55,396 nt of DNA from a virus (IMGVR_UViG_3300049926_000093:1-55396), one strand, 5' to 3'; shown: positions 27,773 through 36,856, counted from the stretch's first letter. Notes: generated from the sequence alone by a model not told the origin. A program made the numbers and translations.

Positions 27773-28573
27773 TTGAATATTCTAACAAAGCATCAAAAAA
27801 AATCAATAGGCTACGTTGCTCAAAAACTAGTAATAGCAACTTTTCCACATTCAAAAACAAAAGAGCTTAACTTTACAAGAAAGAATGGCAATTATCGTCT
27901 AAGTTTGCAGGCACTTCCTGAGTTCGGCTTGCCCTACGGTTCTATTCCAAGGCTGCTTCTCGTATGGATAGTAACTGAGGCTGTCAAAAAGAAGAGCCGC
28001 GAGGTTTTGCTGGGTGATAATTTAAGTCAATTTTTGAAAGCATTAAAAATTAACAGATCAGGGGAAAGAATAAGACAAGTTAAAGATCAAATTTCACGCC
28101 TATTAACGACCAAGATAACTTATATCTACATAAACGAAAATAATAGGCTGTCTTTTGAAAACATTAACACTGTTAGCAAGGCAGATATTTTTTGGAATGT
28201 CTCCGGGAGCATTAAAGGCAAGTCCTCGGTAACTTTATCCCAAGAATTTTTCGATAGCATTATTAAAAACCCTGTTCCAATTTCTGTTAATGCCATATAC
28301 GAAATCCGTAAATCTCCGATGGCAATTGACATCTATTGTTGGCTCACTTACAGAATGAGCTACTTGAGCCGAAAAACAAAAATATTATGGTCTCAATTAG
28401 AACAACAGTTTGGATCAAGCTACATTAACTCGCGTGAATTTAAGAGAAAGTTCAACAAACAAATACTAAAAGTTTTAAAGATTTACCCAAGTGCGATGGT
28501 TCAAAAAGTTGAAGATGGAATCATCTTATATCCCTCAAAAACGCATGTATGTAAAAATGGTGTGGATAACTAA
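27773..28573 (+). CDS. repA: Plasmid replication initiator RepA (RepA_C, IncW-like family)
   Basis: FPHS...R.NG...GLPYGSIPRLLL.WI.TEA...SPMAIDIY.WLTYR...W.QL..QFGS.Y; TTG start. Confidence 0.9.
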   Translation: MNILTKHQKKSIGYVAQKLVIATFPHSKTKELNFTRKNGNYRLSLQALPEFGLPYGSIPRLLLVWIVTEAVKKKSREVLLGDNLSQFLKALKINRSGERIRQVKDQISRLLTTKITYIYINENNRLSFENINTVSKADIFWNVSGSIKGKSSVTLSQEFFDSIIKNPVPISVNAIYEIRKSPMAIDIYCWLTYRMSYLSRKTKILWSQLEQQFGSSYINSREFKRKFNKQILKVLKIYPSAMVQKVEDGIILYPSKTHVCKNGVDN

Positions 28574-28777
28574 AGTTATTCGCGATGGATCGGTACACGC
28601 TTTTCGACAAAAAGTGCGATGGATCGGTACACACTGTTGCGATGGATCGGTACACACTCGAGCCTAAAAACCCAATACAGGCTTGAATTTTTCTGTCTTA
28701 GTAGTTATATCCTGTAGTTAAATATATCCTGTAGTTATCCCCCCCTAACTGTGGATAACGCTAACGCGTTACCCACA
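28561..28777. promoter_or_regulatory. Plasmid origin: three iterons, DnaA boxes and AT-rich repeats
   Basis: GCGATGGATCGGTACAC at 28582, 28616, 28639; TGTGGATAA at 28561 and 28750, TTACCCACA at 28769; TATATCCTGTAGTTA at 28706 and 28723. Confidence 0.9.
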
Positions 28778-28959
28778 AACGGGGGTGGACAGCAAGAAAA
28801 AATTTTTATTTTCTTGTAAGACAAAAGCTATAAATTTTGTAAGCAATCGGCTGATAGTTTTGACTTAAAAATATAAATGCAAATCCTATTGCTGACATTA
28901 AAATTTTTGTATAGATTTCATTCCGCACTTAGCGGCAAAACTCTCAAAATGGAATTGTT

Positions 28960-29838
28960 ATGAGAAACTATGGAAAGATTAGCACCAAAATATGGAACGA
29001 TATTCGATTCAATTCCTTATCAAGAGACGGAAAATTAATTTTTTTCTTTCTTCAAACCCATCCAGCCATGACATCACTGGGTGCAATGAGGGGGTCACAA
29101 CCTGGCTTAGCCGCTGAGATGAATTTTAAAAAAGGGGAATTTTCAAAAGCTTTAAACGAGCTTATAAACCACGGGATGGTTGAGTATGACGAAAAATCCA
29201 ATTTTATTGGTCTGCCTAACTTTTTAAAACATAATGTGCCAGAATCGCCTAATGTAATTAGATCATGGGCCAAGGCTATTGAATGGATACCCGAGTGCAA
29301 ATTGAAAATTAAGTTGATAAGAAGAGCTGTGGATTTTGTAGAAGGTCTTCCGAAAGGGTTTAAGGAGGCTTTACCTAAGGTCTTTGAGAAGACCTACCTT
29401 AATCAAGAACAAGAACAAGAACAAGAACAAGATATAAAATCTCTTCCTCCTTCGTCGTCAGAGATTTTTACCGCAGAGCTGGAAGAAAAAAATATTTTTA
29501 TTTTCATCCCTTTGCAAAGCCATGAAGAATTTCCGATTCAGAAAAGCAAAGTCGAGGAGTGGGGAAAACTGTATCCCGCGGTAGACGTGGAGCAAGAATT
29601 GCGAAAAATGAAAGGCTGGTGCGATGCAAATGTTGATCGCCGAAAAACGAAAAAAGGTATTTTACGTTTTGTAACAAACTGGTTAGCAAAGCAGCAGGAT
29701 AGTGGAAAAAATAACAGGGAGAGTTATAAAAATGGGTCAAGCACAGGCATTATCAGAGATTTTACAAGACCACGATCCAAAGTCGATATTTTTGAAGAAT
29801 CAACAAGAAGTGCATTTAAAACAGCCGAAAACGCCTAA
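28960..29838 (+). CDS. Phage lytic replication initiator (replisome organiser)
   Basis: YGKIST.IWND..F..LS N-terminus, QEQEQEQE linker, YPAVDV.QEL..M..W...N..RRKT..G..RF..NWL C-terminus. Confidence 0.8.
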   Translation: MRNYGKISTKIWNDIRFNSLSRDGKLIFFFLQTHPAMTSLGAMRGSQPGLAAEMNFKKGEFSKALNELINHGMVEYDEKSNFIGLPNFLKHNVPESPNVIRSWAKAIEWIPECKLKIKLIRRAVDFVEGLPKGFKEALPKVFEKTYLNQEQEQEQEQDIKSLPPSSSEIFTAELEEKNIFIFIPLQSHEEFPIQKSKVEEWGKLYPAVDVEQELRKMKGWCDANVDRRKTKKGILRFVTNWLAKQQDSGKNNRESYKNGSSTGIIRDFTRPRSKVDIFEESTRSAFKTAENA

Positions 29839-30223
29839 GCAATTGCCCCCGCAATGGATTGAAAGAATTTTTGTAAAGTTAGGGGCAATCTACGGGCATT
29901 TGTGGAAATCACGATGTGCATCACTGCAAGAGTGGGAGGTGTCGAAAAACGAATGGTCTGAAAAATTAGCAGATTTAGAAGTTTTTGAAATTATTTACGC
30001 ACTAGACAAATGCGCGCGCGAAGTTCCAATGCCCCCCACATTGCCACAATTTTTAGAGCTTGCTAGACCTAAAGGTTCTAGGACTAATCATGATGCCTAC
30101 AAAGATTTTAAACCCGCATTGATGCAACCACAAAATAAGGAGCTTGCAAGGCATTCGCTCGAACAAATTAAGAATATCCTGAAATATGGAAATTCAAGGG
30201 GCGAAGTCGATGGAAAAAATTAA
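29702..30223 (+). CDS. Replication protein P/helicase loader-like
   Basis: IF..LGAIYGHLW...EW...L...PPTLPQFL.L. Confidence 0.7.
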   Translation: MEKITGRVIKMGQAQALSEILQDHDPKSIFLKNQQEVHLKQPKTPKQLPPQWIERIFVKLGAIYGHLWKSRCASLQEWEVSKNEWSEKLADLEVFEIIYALDKCAREVPMPPTLPQFLELARPKGSRTNHDAYKDFKPALMQPQNKELARHSLEQIKNILKYGNSRGEVDGKN

Positions 30224-30488
30224 TCCATGCATATGCCAACCTGTAAAAAAAACGGTTAGGGTTGTAGAGAAAGTCTTAAATATACATTTAAGAGTTGAGT
30301 GCTTTTCATGCGGAAAAAGAACCCTGGATTACGATTTTCGCAGGGAAGGTTATGACGCAACGAAAGAAAAAGCTATCCATGAGTGGAACAGCATTTCATC
30401 AACAACGATTAAAGATTATTATGCTTTTCACTCAATGACCAAAATGCCAACAAAAAAAATAAACAACGAAAAAGTTGATTGGGAATGA
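30186..30488 (+). CDS. Lar-like zinc-ribbon protein
   Basis: PCIC...VECFSCG...KEKAIHEWN. Confidence 0.55.
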   Translation: MEIQGAKSMEKINPCICQPVKKTVRVVEKVLNIHLRVECFSCGKRTLDYDFRREGYDATKEKAIHEWNSISSTTIKDYYAFHSMTKMPTKKINNEKVDWE

Positions 30489-30892
30489 AAAAGCCTGGAT
30501 CGGAAGAGTACGAACAAAAATCCTTATTTAAAATACTCGAACTTTATCCAGAGATAAATGCATGCACTTTTGCTATCGCCAATGGAGGAAGCCGACACAT
30601 TTTAGAAGCCGTAAATTTAAAAAAAATGGGTCTCAAACCTGGAATACTTGATATTTTTATGGCAATCCCATCCCGTGGTTTTCACGGACTTTTCATTGAG
30701 ATGAAATGCAAAGATGAAAAAAAAGCAAAAGTAAGCAAAAATCAGATATATTATATCAAGCTATTTAGGGAACAAGGTTATGCGGCCGAAGTGACTTACG
30801 GATGTGATGAGGCATGGAATTTGATTCTCTTTTATTTAGAAAAATCAAAAAGAGAAATGATGAGCGAAAGGGAGAAGAAATGGCTGATGTAA
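30479..30892 (+). CDS. VRR-NUC family nuclease
   Basis: AIANGGSR...LKKMGLKPGILD...GLFIEMK...SKNQ...GY. Confidence 0.9.
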   Translation: MGMKKPGSEEYEQKSLFKILELYPEINACTFAIANGGSRHILEAVNLKKMGLKPGILDIFMAIPSRGFHGLFIEMKCKDEKKAKVSKNQIYYIKLFREQGYAAEVTYGCDEAWNLILFYLEKSKREMMSEREKKWLM

Positions 30893-31374
30893 ATCCTGAA
30901 AAATTATTGGAAATCCGACTCGATCATTGGGCTCACTTTTTTGGTGTTATCTTGCCTAGGTCTTTCGGGCTTGGCTATCCCTCCATTTCGTCTGGCTTTT
31001 CTGTCTATTCATCTGAGCGAAGAATAAAGCGAGGCATTGGCAACGTTGTTGAAGACCCAGAGGCAGAAGAAATCGAGCAGTGGGTAAAAGAAATGACAGG
31101 GCTAGGGGGATTATATCCTTTTTGCGCGATATGCTTAAGAGAACGCTATTTTGGTGGTAGAAAGGTGTCAACATCAAAGCTAAGCAAGAAACTTAGCGTC
31201 TCGCCCAGCACTTTTGAAAAGAGGGTACAGCAAGCCAAGACATTTTTACTTGGCAGAATTACACCATCCGAATCATCTTCTTTCGCAAATGGCACAAAGA
31301 TAAAAGTAATTTATATTACTGAGCAGCACAGGGAGCGGTACAGAGAACAAATAAGGGAAAGAAAACAAGCATAA
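30880..31374 (+). CDS. Q-like late antiterminator
   Basis: RLDHWA...LGYP...C-terminal HTH; immediately upstream of a promoter-terminator leader. Confidence 0.7.
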   Translation: MADVNPEKLLEIRLDHWAHFFGVILPRSFGLGYPSISSGFSVYSSERRIKRGIGNVVEDPEAEEIEQWVKEMTGLGGLYPFCAICLRERYFGGRKVSTSKLSKKLSVSPSTFEKRVQQAKTFLLGRITPSESSSFANGTKIKVIYITEQHRERYREQIRERKQA

Positions 31375-31379
31375 AAAAT

Positions 31380-31408
31380 TTGACTTAGTACGTAAAGAAG
31401 GGTACCAT
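31380..31408 (+). promoter_or_regulatory. Late promoter (pR'-like)
   Basis: TTGACT-N17-TACCAT just after the Q-like gene. Confidence 0.75.
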
Positions 31409-31512
31409 TTTTCTAGCATGTAATCTCATGCTCCTTTGTTATAAAACCCACTGCCGAATAGGCAGATTAGAGAAATAAAAATTTACTGCTGAATAAGCAG
31501 AGCAAGAAATTG

Positions 31513-31544
31513 AAGGCCGCCAAGAGTGCGGCCTTTTTTATTTT
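31513..31544 (+). terminator. Intrinsic terminator of the late leader
   Basis: AAGGCCGC-caagagt-GCGGCCTT then T-tract. Confidence 0.85.
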
Positions 31545-31559
31545 AAAATTTGGGGAATT

Positions 31560-31826
31560 ATGGAAAAAGAATTAATTGAGCTCTCAAAAAAAATAGAAAA
31601 GTTAGAGAGTGAATTAATAACCCTAAAAATTTCGCAAGAAAACTACAGAATAAAAAAAATAGAAGAATACATCATATCTTCTAATGAAAAAGCTGATTTT
31701 CTTAAAGCCGCTTACAAATACAAAAATATCATCATTATCTCGCTAATCATTTCCTATTTTTTCGGTTTAACTATTCACGATTTAGGTGCGATTAAAGCCA
31801 TTATTAATCTAGAGACTTTTCTATAA
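31560..31826 (+). CDS. Coiled-coil membrane protein (holin/antiholin candidate)
   Basis: One TM helix; coupled to the endolysin by TAATG overlap. Confidence 0.5.
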   Translation: MEKELIELSKKIEKLESELITLKISQENYRIKKIEEYIISSNEKADFLKAAYKYKNIIIISLIISYFFGLTIHDLGAIKAIINLETFL

Positions 31827-32293
31827 TGAAAGCAAGAAGCTTAGAAGACGCGGTTTCGAGATACGGCGAAATTATTAACGGTGTATGGAAAAACGAAGCA
31901 GATTGGATGTGCTTAACAGAAATGCCGCGTTGGTTTGAAAACCAAGTTATCAATTCTTTCACAAAAAAAGGTTGCTCACGGATTTATTTAAATCGTGATA
32001 TTCAACAACCGCTTCTAGACGCCCTATATTCAATAAAAAAATTAGGCTTAGATGATGAGCTAAAGACGTTTAACGGTTGTTTAAATGTTAGGCCTGTTCG
32101 CGGTGAAAATGTTATTTCTACACACGCATACGGTCTTGCGCTAGACTTTAACGCGCTTTTAAACCCGATGGGATCATTCCACTCTTCTTTTTCCTCTGAT
32201 TTTGTTGCTTGCTTTCAAAAAGCAGGCTTTGCGTGGGGCGGGTGTTTTCACCGAGAAATAGATTGCATGCATTTTAGCTACGCTTGGGAGTAG
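31826..32293 (+). CDS. Endolysin, M15 family peptidase
   Basis: R..RG...STHAYGLALDFN...F...GF.WGG...D.MHF. Confidence 0.9.
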   Translation: MKARSLEDAVSRYGEIINGVWKNEADWMCLTEMPRWFENQVINSFTKKGCSRIYLNRDIQQPLLDALYSIKKLGLDDELKTFNGCLNVRPVRGENVISTHAYGLALDFNALLNPMGSFHSSFSSDFVACFQKAGFAWGGCFHREIDCMHFSYAWE

Positions 32294-32384
32294 CAATAAA
32301 AAGGTTCAGCGTTCCACTGAAGTCATCAGATACAAGGCAAGAAGCCGATGGCCGCAAGGATGCGGGTGGTGACTAGATGGGCCT

Positions 32385-32549
32385 CTAGATGAGGCGGAAA
32401 GCCAGGAAAACGAGCAAGAAAGGCGTGGAAGCAATAGCGAGCTGTATTGCCGTTATAGCGACACAAAAAAACAAAGCTCTCGTTATTCTTGTGTCTATCA
32501 GTGCTAACATTGCTAGTATTAGCACTATGATTGTGAGTGTTATAACCAT
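32385..32549 (-). CDS. Small two-helix membrane protein
   Basis: ATG 32549 with GGAG SD; almost entirely hydrophobic. Confidence 0.55.
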   Translation of the reverse strand: MVITLTIIVLILAMLALIDTRITRALFFCVAITAIQLAIASTPFLLVFLAFRLI

Positions 32550-32677
32550 GACACTATCTCCCCAAAAATTAATGAAAACAAACAAATTCCAATCCAAAGC
32601 ATTGATATTAAAATTAACCCTTTTCTGTCGTCATCCAGGCTTCCTTTTCTAGTTTTTCTTAGTAGTAGCATTGTCAT
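32540..32677 (-). CDS. 45-aa membrane peptide (not in the ORF track)
   Basis: MTMLLLRKTRKGSLDDDRKGLILISMLWIGICLFSLIFGEIVSWL; AGGAG SD; -10 and operator upstream. Confidence 0.55.
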   Translation of the reverse strand: MTMLLLRKTRKGSLDDDRKGLILISMLWIGICLFSLIFGEIVSWL

Positions 32678-32732
32678 GACACTCTCCTTTTCCCTTATTT
32701 TTAAGCAATTCTAAAATGTTCCTATACTATAG

Positions 32733-32801
32733 TTATAGCGCATAAACGCAGAATTACAATAAAATAAAAGGATATATTTTTGCGTATAAGCGCAGAATTA
32801 C
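32733..32801. promoter_or_regulatory. Two copies of the GCGYATAWRCGC operator-like motif
   Basis: ttataGCGCATAAACGCagaatta at 32733 and GCGTATAAGCGCagaattac at 32782. Confidence 0.7.
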
Positions 32802-32836
32802 GCCAACTATTAAGGTTTTCTTACGGGTTCGATTGA

Positions 32837-34207
32837 ATGATAATTAATGATGACTGTATTGTTGCGATGCAAGAACTTGTAGAGCAGGGCGTACAAGTTG
32901 ATAGCATCGTGACGGACCCCCCGTATCAAATTGGCTTCATGGGCAAAGATTGGGATAAGTCGGGCGTTACTAATAATGTCGAAGTTTGGAAATTGTGTTT
33001 TCAGCTCCTGAAGCCAGGCGGCCATCTTTTATCTTTTGGTGGTGCGCGCACTTATCATCGTATGACTTGCGCAATTGAAGACGCAGGCTTTCAAATCCGA
33101 GATCAAATCATGTGGGTTTTCGGATCAGGGTTTCCGAAATCACTCGATATCAGTAAGGCCATTGATAAAAGAGGCGGTGATGATATCTCATGGTTCGGGA
33201 AATTTTTAATGGAAGAAAGAAAGCGGCGCGGAATAAAACGCAAAGATTTGGCTATCCATTTCCCCAGTAAAACTGGAGGTTTAACGGGCTGTATTGATAA
33301 CTGGGAGCTAGGGCTTGGCTTACCTACGCCAGAACAATTTAACAAATTGTGTGAAATTCTTAACTTGCCGTTTACAAAAATAGAAGAAGCAGAGCGCAAA
33401 ATAATAGGCAGTTCTGTCGTAAATTTAAGCCCGTATAGAAATATTGGTGACTCAAATATTTCTGGCACGATTAATACCACAACAGCAGCAAGCAATTTAG
33501 CAAAAAAATGGCAAGGCTGGCACACAGCTTTAAAACCCGCACACGAACCCATCTTGCTCGCACGAAAGCCGTTAAGCGAAGCAACGATCGCGACAAACGT
33601 TATTAAATATGGAACAGGCGCGATTAATGTTGATGGGTGTAGGGTTGAAGCTAAAGACCAGGATGCGCTTACTGCGAAACGTGAAAGCGTTAAAGATTGC
33701 AATGCTGTTGGATTCAAAATTGATGGCTGTAAAACTCTATCGCCCAACATGACCCCAGGCCGATTCCCCGCCAATTTGATTCACGATGGCAGCGAAGAGG
33801 TGATGGAAGAGTTTGCAAAGTATGGCGAGAGGAAGAGCGGTGGTGGTAATAAAAATACTGGAAATCGTGAAGGTATTTATGGGCATCTGGGTAAAGGTAA
33901 TGGCGATGGAATAGGTGGTGATACAGGCACAGCCTCGCGCTTCTACTATTGCGCTAAAGCTTCAAAGAAAGAGCGTAACGGCTCGAAGCATCCAACCGTA
34001 AAGCCCCTAGCTTTAATGCGCTACCTATGCCGCCTTGTTACTCCACCTGGCGGTACAGTGCTAGACCCGTTCGCAGGAACTGGCACAACTGGCCAAGCAG
34101 CTATTGAAGAAGGTTTCAAAGTAATCTTGATTGAGAAAGAAAAAGAATACCTCGCGGATATTGAAAAAAGGTTATCGAGCTTAAATGAAAGCGTTGCAAA
34201 CAAATAA
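32837..34207 (+). CDS. N4/N6 DNA methyltransferase (beta order) with an internal XRE HTH insertion
   Basis: TDPPY, HPTVKP, LDPFAGTGTT; insertion ERKRRGIKRKDLA...NWELG..LPT.EQF..LC. Confidence 0.9.
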   Translation: MIINDDCIVAMQELVEQGVQVDSIVTDPPYQIGFMGKDWDKSGVTNNVEVWKLCFQLLKPGGHLLSFGGARTYHRMTCAIEDAGFQIRDQIMWVFGSGFPKSLDISKAIDKRGGDDISWFGKFLMEERKRRGIKRKDLAIHFPSKTGGLTGCIDNWELGLGLPTPEQFNKLCEILNLPFTKIEEAERKIIGSSVVNLSPYRNIGDSNISGTINTTTAASNLAKKWQGWHTALKPAHEPILLARKPLSEATIATNVIKYGTGAINVDGCRVEAKDQDALTAKRESVKDCNAVGFKIDGCKTLSPNMTPGRFPANLIHDGSEEVMEEFAKYGERKSGGGNKNTGNREGIYGHLGKGNGDGIGGDTGTASRFYYCAKASKKERNGSKHPTVKPLALMRYLCRLVTPPGGTVLDPFAGTGTTGQAAIEEGFKVILIEKEKEYLADIEKRLSSLNESVANK

Positions 34208-34389
34208 CGAAGAAATCATCGCTAGATTAGAAAAACTAGAAAAGCTACTTGATAAATACCTAAGCCCGAGCATGCGTGATATTGATTATCTGGAACAACG
34301 ATTTAGATTTATTGAATCAAACTTACAAAATATGAACAAGAAACGATGATACCTTTTTTATCATTAATTTATAAACCAGAGTCTATTTC

Positions 34390-34845
34390 ATGCAAGAGCT
34401 CACAGACAAGCAAAAAAGTTTTGTAGAAAATTACGTCCTAACTTTAAACGCAACCGATGCGGCTAAGAAAGCGGGTTACAGTGAAAAGACCGCCTATTCA
34501 ATAGGTTCTGAGAACCTCACAAAACCTGAAATTAAAAAAGCTATCAAAGAACATTTGGACGCGCTTCAGGATGAGCAGCGTAAACGCTTTATAAAAGGTT
34601 CAAGCAGGGCCATTGATGCCCTTTTAGATGTCTTAGAAAATGGCGGAAGTCTGGCTAGGGTTCAGGCCGCCAATTCTTTGCTTGATAGGGCAGGGCATAA
34701 ACCTGTTGATCAAATCAGGGCAGACGTAACAAATCACGATGCAATTAGCGAAATCACGGAAGATAAACAACAGCAAGCAATTATGGACGCCGCCGAAGCT
34801 CTCGGCTCCGTTGTCGCATTTAAGCGCAATAGCGGCAAGAAATAG
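34390..34845 (+). CDS. terS: Terminase small subunit
   Basis: LTDKQK.FV..Y....NAT.AA.KAGYSEKTAYSIGSENL.KPEI. Confidence 0.93.
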   Translation: MQELTDKQKSFVENYVLTLNATDAAKKAGYSEKTAYSIGSENLTKPEIKKAIKEHLDALQDEQRKRFIKGSSRAIDALLDVLENGGSLARVQAANSLLDRAGHKPVDQIRADVTNHDAISEITEDKQQQAIMDAAEALGSVVAFKRNSGKK

Positions 34846-36145
34846 CTTAATTGCCTTTGCTAGGCTGACTCACGCGAACTATAAGCCTAGCTGGCATCAT
34901 AAGCTGCTCGCCTCGCACTTAGAGGCGGTCGCGCGCGGTGATATTCGACGACTAATTATCTCGATGCCACCGCGGCACGGAAAAACTGAGTTAGCATCAA
35001 TACGTTTTGCACCTTGGTTTTTGGGTAGAAATCCAGATAAAAACATTATTCAAGCAACTTATGCGGCAGAATTCGCAGAAGAAAGCGCAAAAAAGTCACG
35101 CTCAATACTTTCTTCGCCTGTGTACGAACAGATATTTGACGTAAAGCTCGCACAGGACAGCAGGGCGGTATCTCGGTGGCAAACTAACCGCGGCGGTAGT
35201 TATTACGCGGTAGGGGTTGGGGGTCCATTGACTGGCAGGGGAGCGAATCTGCTCGTAGTCGACGACCCCCATAAAAACAGGCAGGAAGCCGAAAGCGTCG
35301 TAATGCGCGCTAATGTTTGGGAATGGTTTACTTCGACAGCTTATACACGGCTCGAGGATAATGCTAGCGCAATCCTAATCATGACGAGATGGCATGAAGA
35401 CGACCTTGCAGGCCGATTGTTGCGAGGCGATGAGCATTGGGAATATTTATCATTGCCCGCTATCGCTGAACAAGATGAGCCGTACCGCAAGCATGGCGAG
35501 GCTTTGTGGCCACAGAAATTCGATGTAGAAGCCTTAGAGAACATCCGTTGCGCTATAGGCTCTAGGGAATGGGCTAGCTTGTATCAACAACAGCCAAGCG
35601 TTGCAGAAGGTGAAATTTTTAAGCGCGAGTGGTGGCACTTTTATTCGATGCGCCCACATTTTCAAAAAATAGTTCAGTCTTGGGATACAGCATTTAAAAA
35701 AGGTAAGGAAAACGACTTCAGTGTATGCACAACCTGGGGCGTTGCGCCTAACGGCTATTATTTGATACATGTGTGGAAAGAAAAAGTTGAATTCCCCGAG
35801 TTGAAGCGCGCGGTCGTGATGCTCGCATCAGAATTCGCGCCCGATGAGATTTTGATAGAAGACAAGGCAAGCGGGCAGAGTTTGCTACAAGAAATAAGGC
35901 AAGAAACAAGACTTCCAATAACGGCGATTAAAGTAGACGCGGACAAGATTGCGCGAGCTTATGCTGTCACGCCGACAATAGAGGCAGGTAATGTTTTTCT
36001 TCCTGAAAATGCGGCGTGGGTTAGAGATTACGTTGATAGCTTAGCGGCTTTTCCTAACGCCGCCCATGACGATGATGTTGATAGTACAACGCAAGCCCTG
36101 GCTCATATGAAATATGTGCCTCAATTTGCGTTCGGGGCTATCTAA
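34739..36145 (+). CDS. terL: Terminase large subunit
   Basis: MPPRHGKT, LLVVDDP, MTRWHEDDL, SWDTA, HDDDVD. Confidence 0.95.
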   Translation: MQLAKSRKINNSKQLWTPPKLSAPLSHLSAIAARNSLIAFARLTHANYKPSWHHKLLASHLEAVARGDIRRLIISMPPRHGKTELASIRFAPWFLGRNPDKNIIQATYAAEFAEESAKKSRSILSSPVYEQIFDVKLAQDSRAVSRWQTNRGGSYYAVGVGGPLTGRGANLLVVDDPHKNRQEAESVVMRANVWEWFTSTAYTRLEDNASAILIMTRWHEDDLAGRLLRGDEHWEYLSLPAIAEQDEPYRKHGEALWPQKFDVEALENIRCAIGSREWASLYQQQPSVAEGEIFKREWWHFYSMRPHFQKIVQSWDTAFKKGKENDFSVCTTWGVAPNGYYLIHVWKEKVEFPELKRAVVMLASEFAPDEILIEDKASGQSLLQEIRQETRLPITAIKVDADKIARAYAVTPTIEAGNVFLPENAAWVRDYVDSLAAFPNAAHDDDVDSTTQALAHMKYVPQFAFGAI

Positions 36146-36353
36146 GAGCCGCTTGCTGCTTTAAGAGTGCCTGTATCTCTGTTTTCCATTGCTTTGCATA
36201 CGTGATACACATTGGCGACACACATTGCCCATAGGTCTTTTCAATAGATTCATCTGAAAAGCTAGTGAGATTCTCGGCATCCGCAAATGCTGCTAGCTTA
36301 GCTATCCACTTTTGCTTGTTATTTTCAGCGTTCTTGTTAAATTCAAGCTTCAT
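36138..36353 (-). CDS. Small hypothetical protein (island)
   Basis: AAGGGG SD; antisense to the late operon. Confidence 0.6.
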   Translation of the reverse strand: MKLEFNKNAENNKQKWIAKLAAFADAENLTSFSDESIEKTYGQCVSPMCITYAKQWKTEIQALLKQQAALR

Positions 36354-36363
36354 GACACACCCC

Positions 36364-36522
36364 TTATTTTTTTAAGCTTTCGTATCCGTAGCCGTATTGT
36401 AGATAAATGAAGTATTCAGCTTCTTTCTTGGTCTTAAATTGTGCGTGTACACCAATTTCTCCAAACATACTTATTGTGATAATGTCCCATGTTTTTTCTA
36501 TCTTGTTGTATTTGATTTTCAT
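36364..36522 (-). CDS. 52-aa hypothetical protein (not in the ORF track)
   Basis: MKIKYNKIEKTWDIITISMFGEIGVHAQFKTKKEAEYFIYLQYGYGYESLKK; AGGGG SD; promoter/operator at 36572-36593. Confidence 0.6.
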   Translation of the reverse strand: MKIKYNKIEKTWDIITISMFGEIGVHAQFKTKKEAEYFIYLQYGYGYESLKK

Positions 36523-36633
36523 GACACTTTACCCCTTTATTTAAGTGCTTCTAATATATTCTCTTATTTATATTATAGCGCATAAACGCAGAAATATGAG
36601 GAAAAAACATAAATATTTTTTATTAAGAAAAGC

Positions 36634-36846
36634 TTAAAAAATAGGCTTTTTCTTCTTGCGCTTTGGTCCGCGCTTGTGAATATGAATGTCAGGAAGTGAT
36701 TTTCTGTCGATGAAGTAAGTGCCTCCGATATACTCGGCTTTTATGTCGCCGCTCGCGCATTGGGCTTGTATGGCTCTTGCTGATATTGGCTTTCCATCGC
36801 GCGCCTCTACGATTGTTTTAGCTTCTTTAACCGTAATTAGCTTCAT
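36634..36846 (-). CDS. Small HTH DNA-binding protein (excisionase/HTH_17-like)
   Basis: LITVKEA...ISARAIQAQCASGDIKAEYIGGTYFID, basic tail. Confidence 0.8.
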   Translation of the reverse strand: MKLITVKEAKTIVEARDGKPISARAIQAQCASGDIKAEYIGGTYFIDRKSLPDIHIHKRGPKRKKKKPIF

Positions 36847-36856
36847 TTGTATTCTC

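Noticed and set aside
28582-28655. 17-bp repeats as a CRISPR array
   Set aside because: Gaps are only 17 and 6 bp; the position after repA beside DnaA boxes identifies them as iterons.
29404-29430. (CAAGAA)n microsatellite as a phase-variation switch
   Set aside because: In-frame hexamer encoding the QEQEQE linker usual in phage initiators.
33103-33774. 223-aa minus-strand ORF
   Set aside because: Antisense shadow of the methyltransferase with no recognisable motifs.
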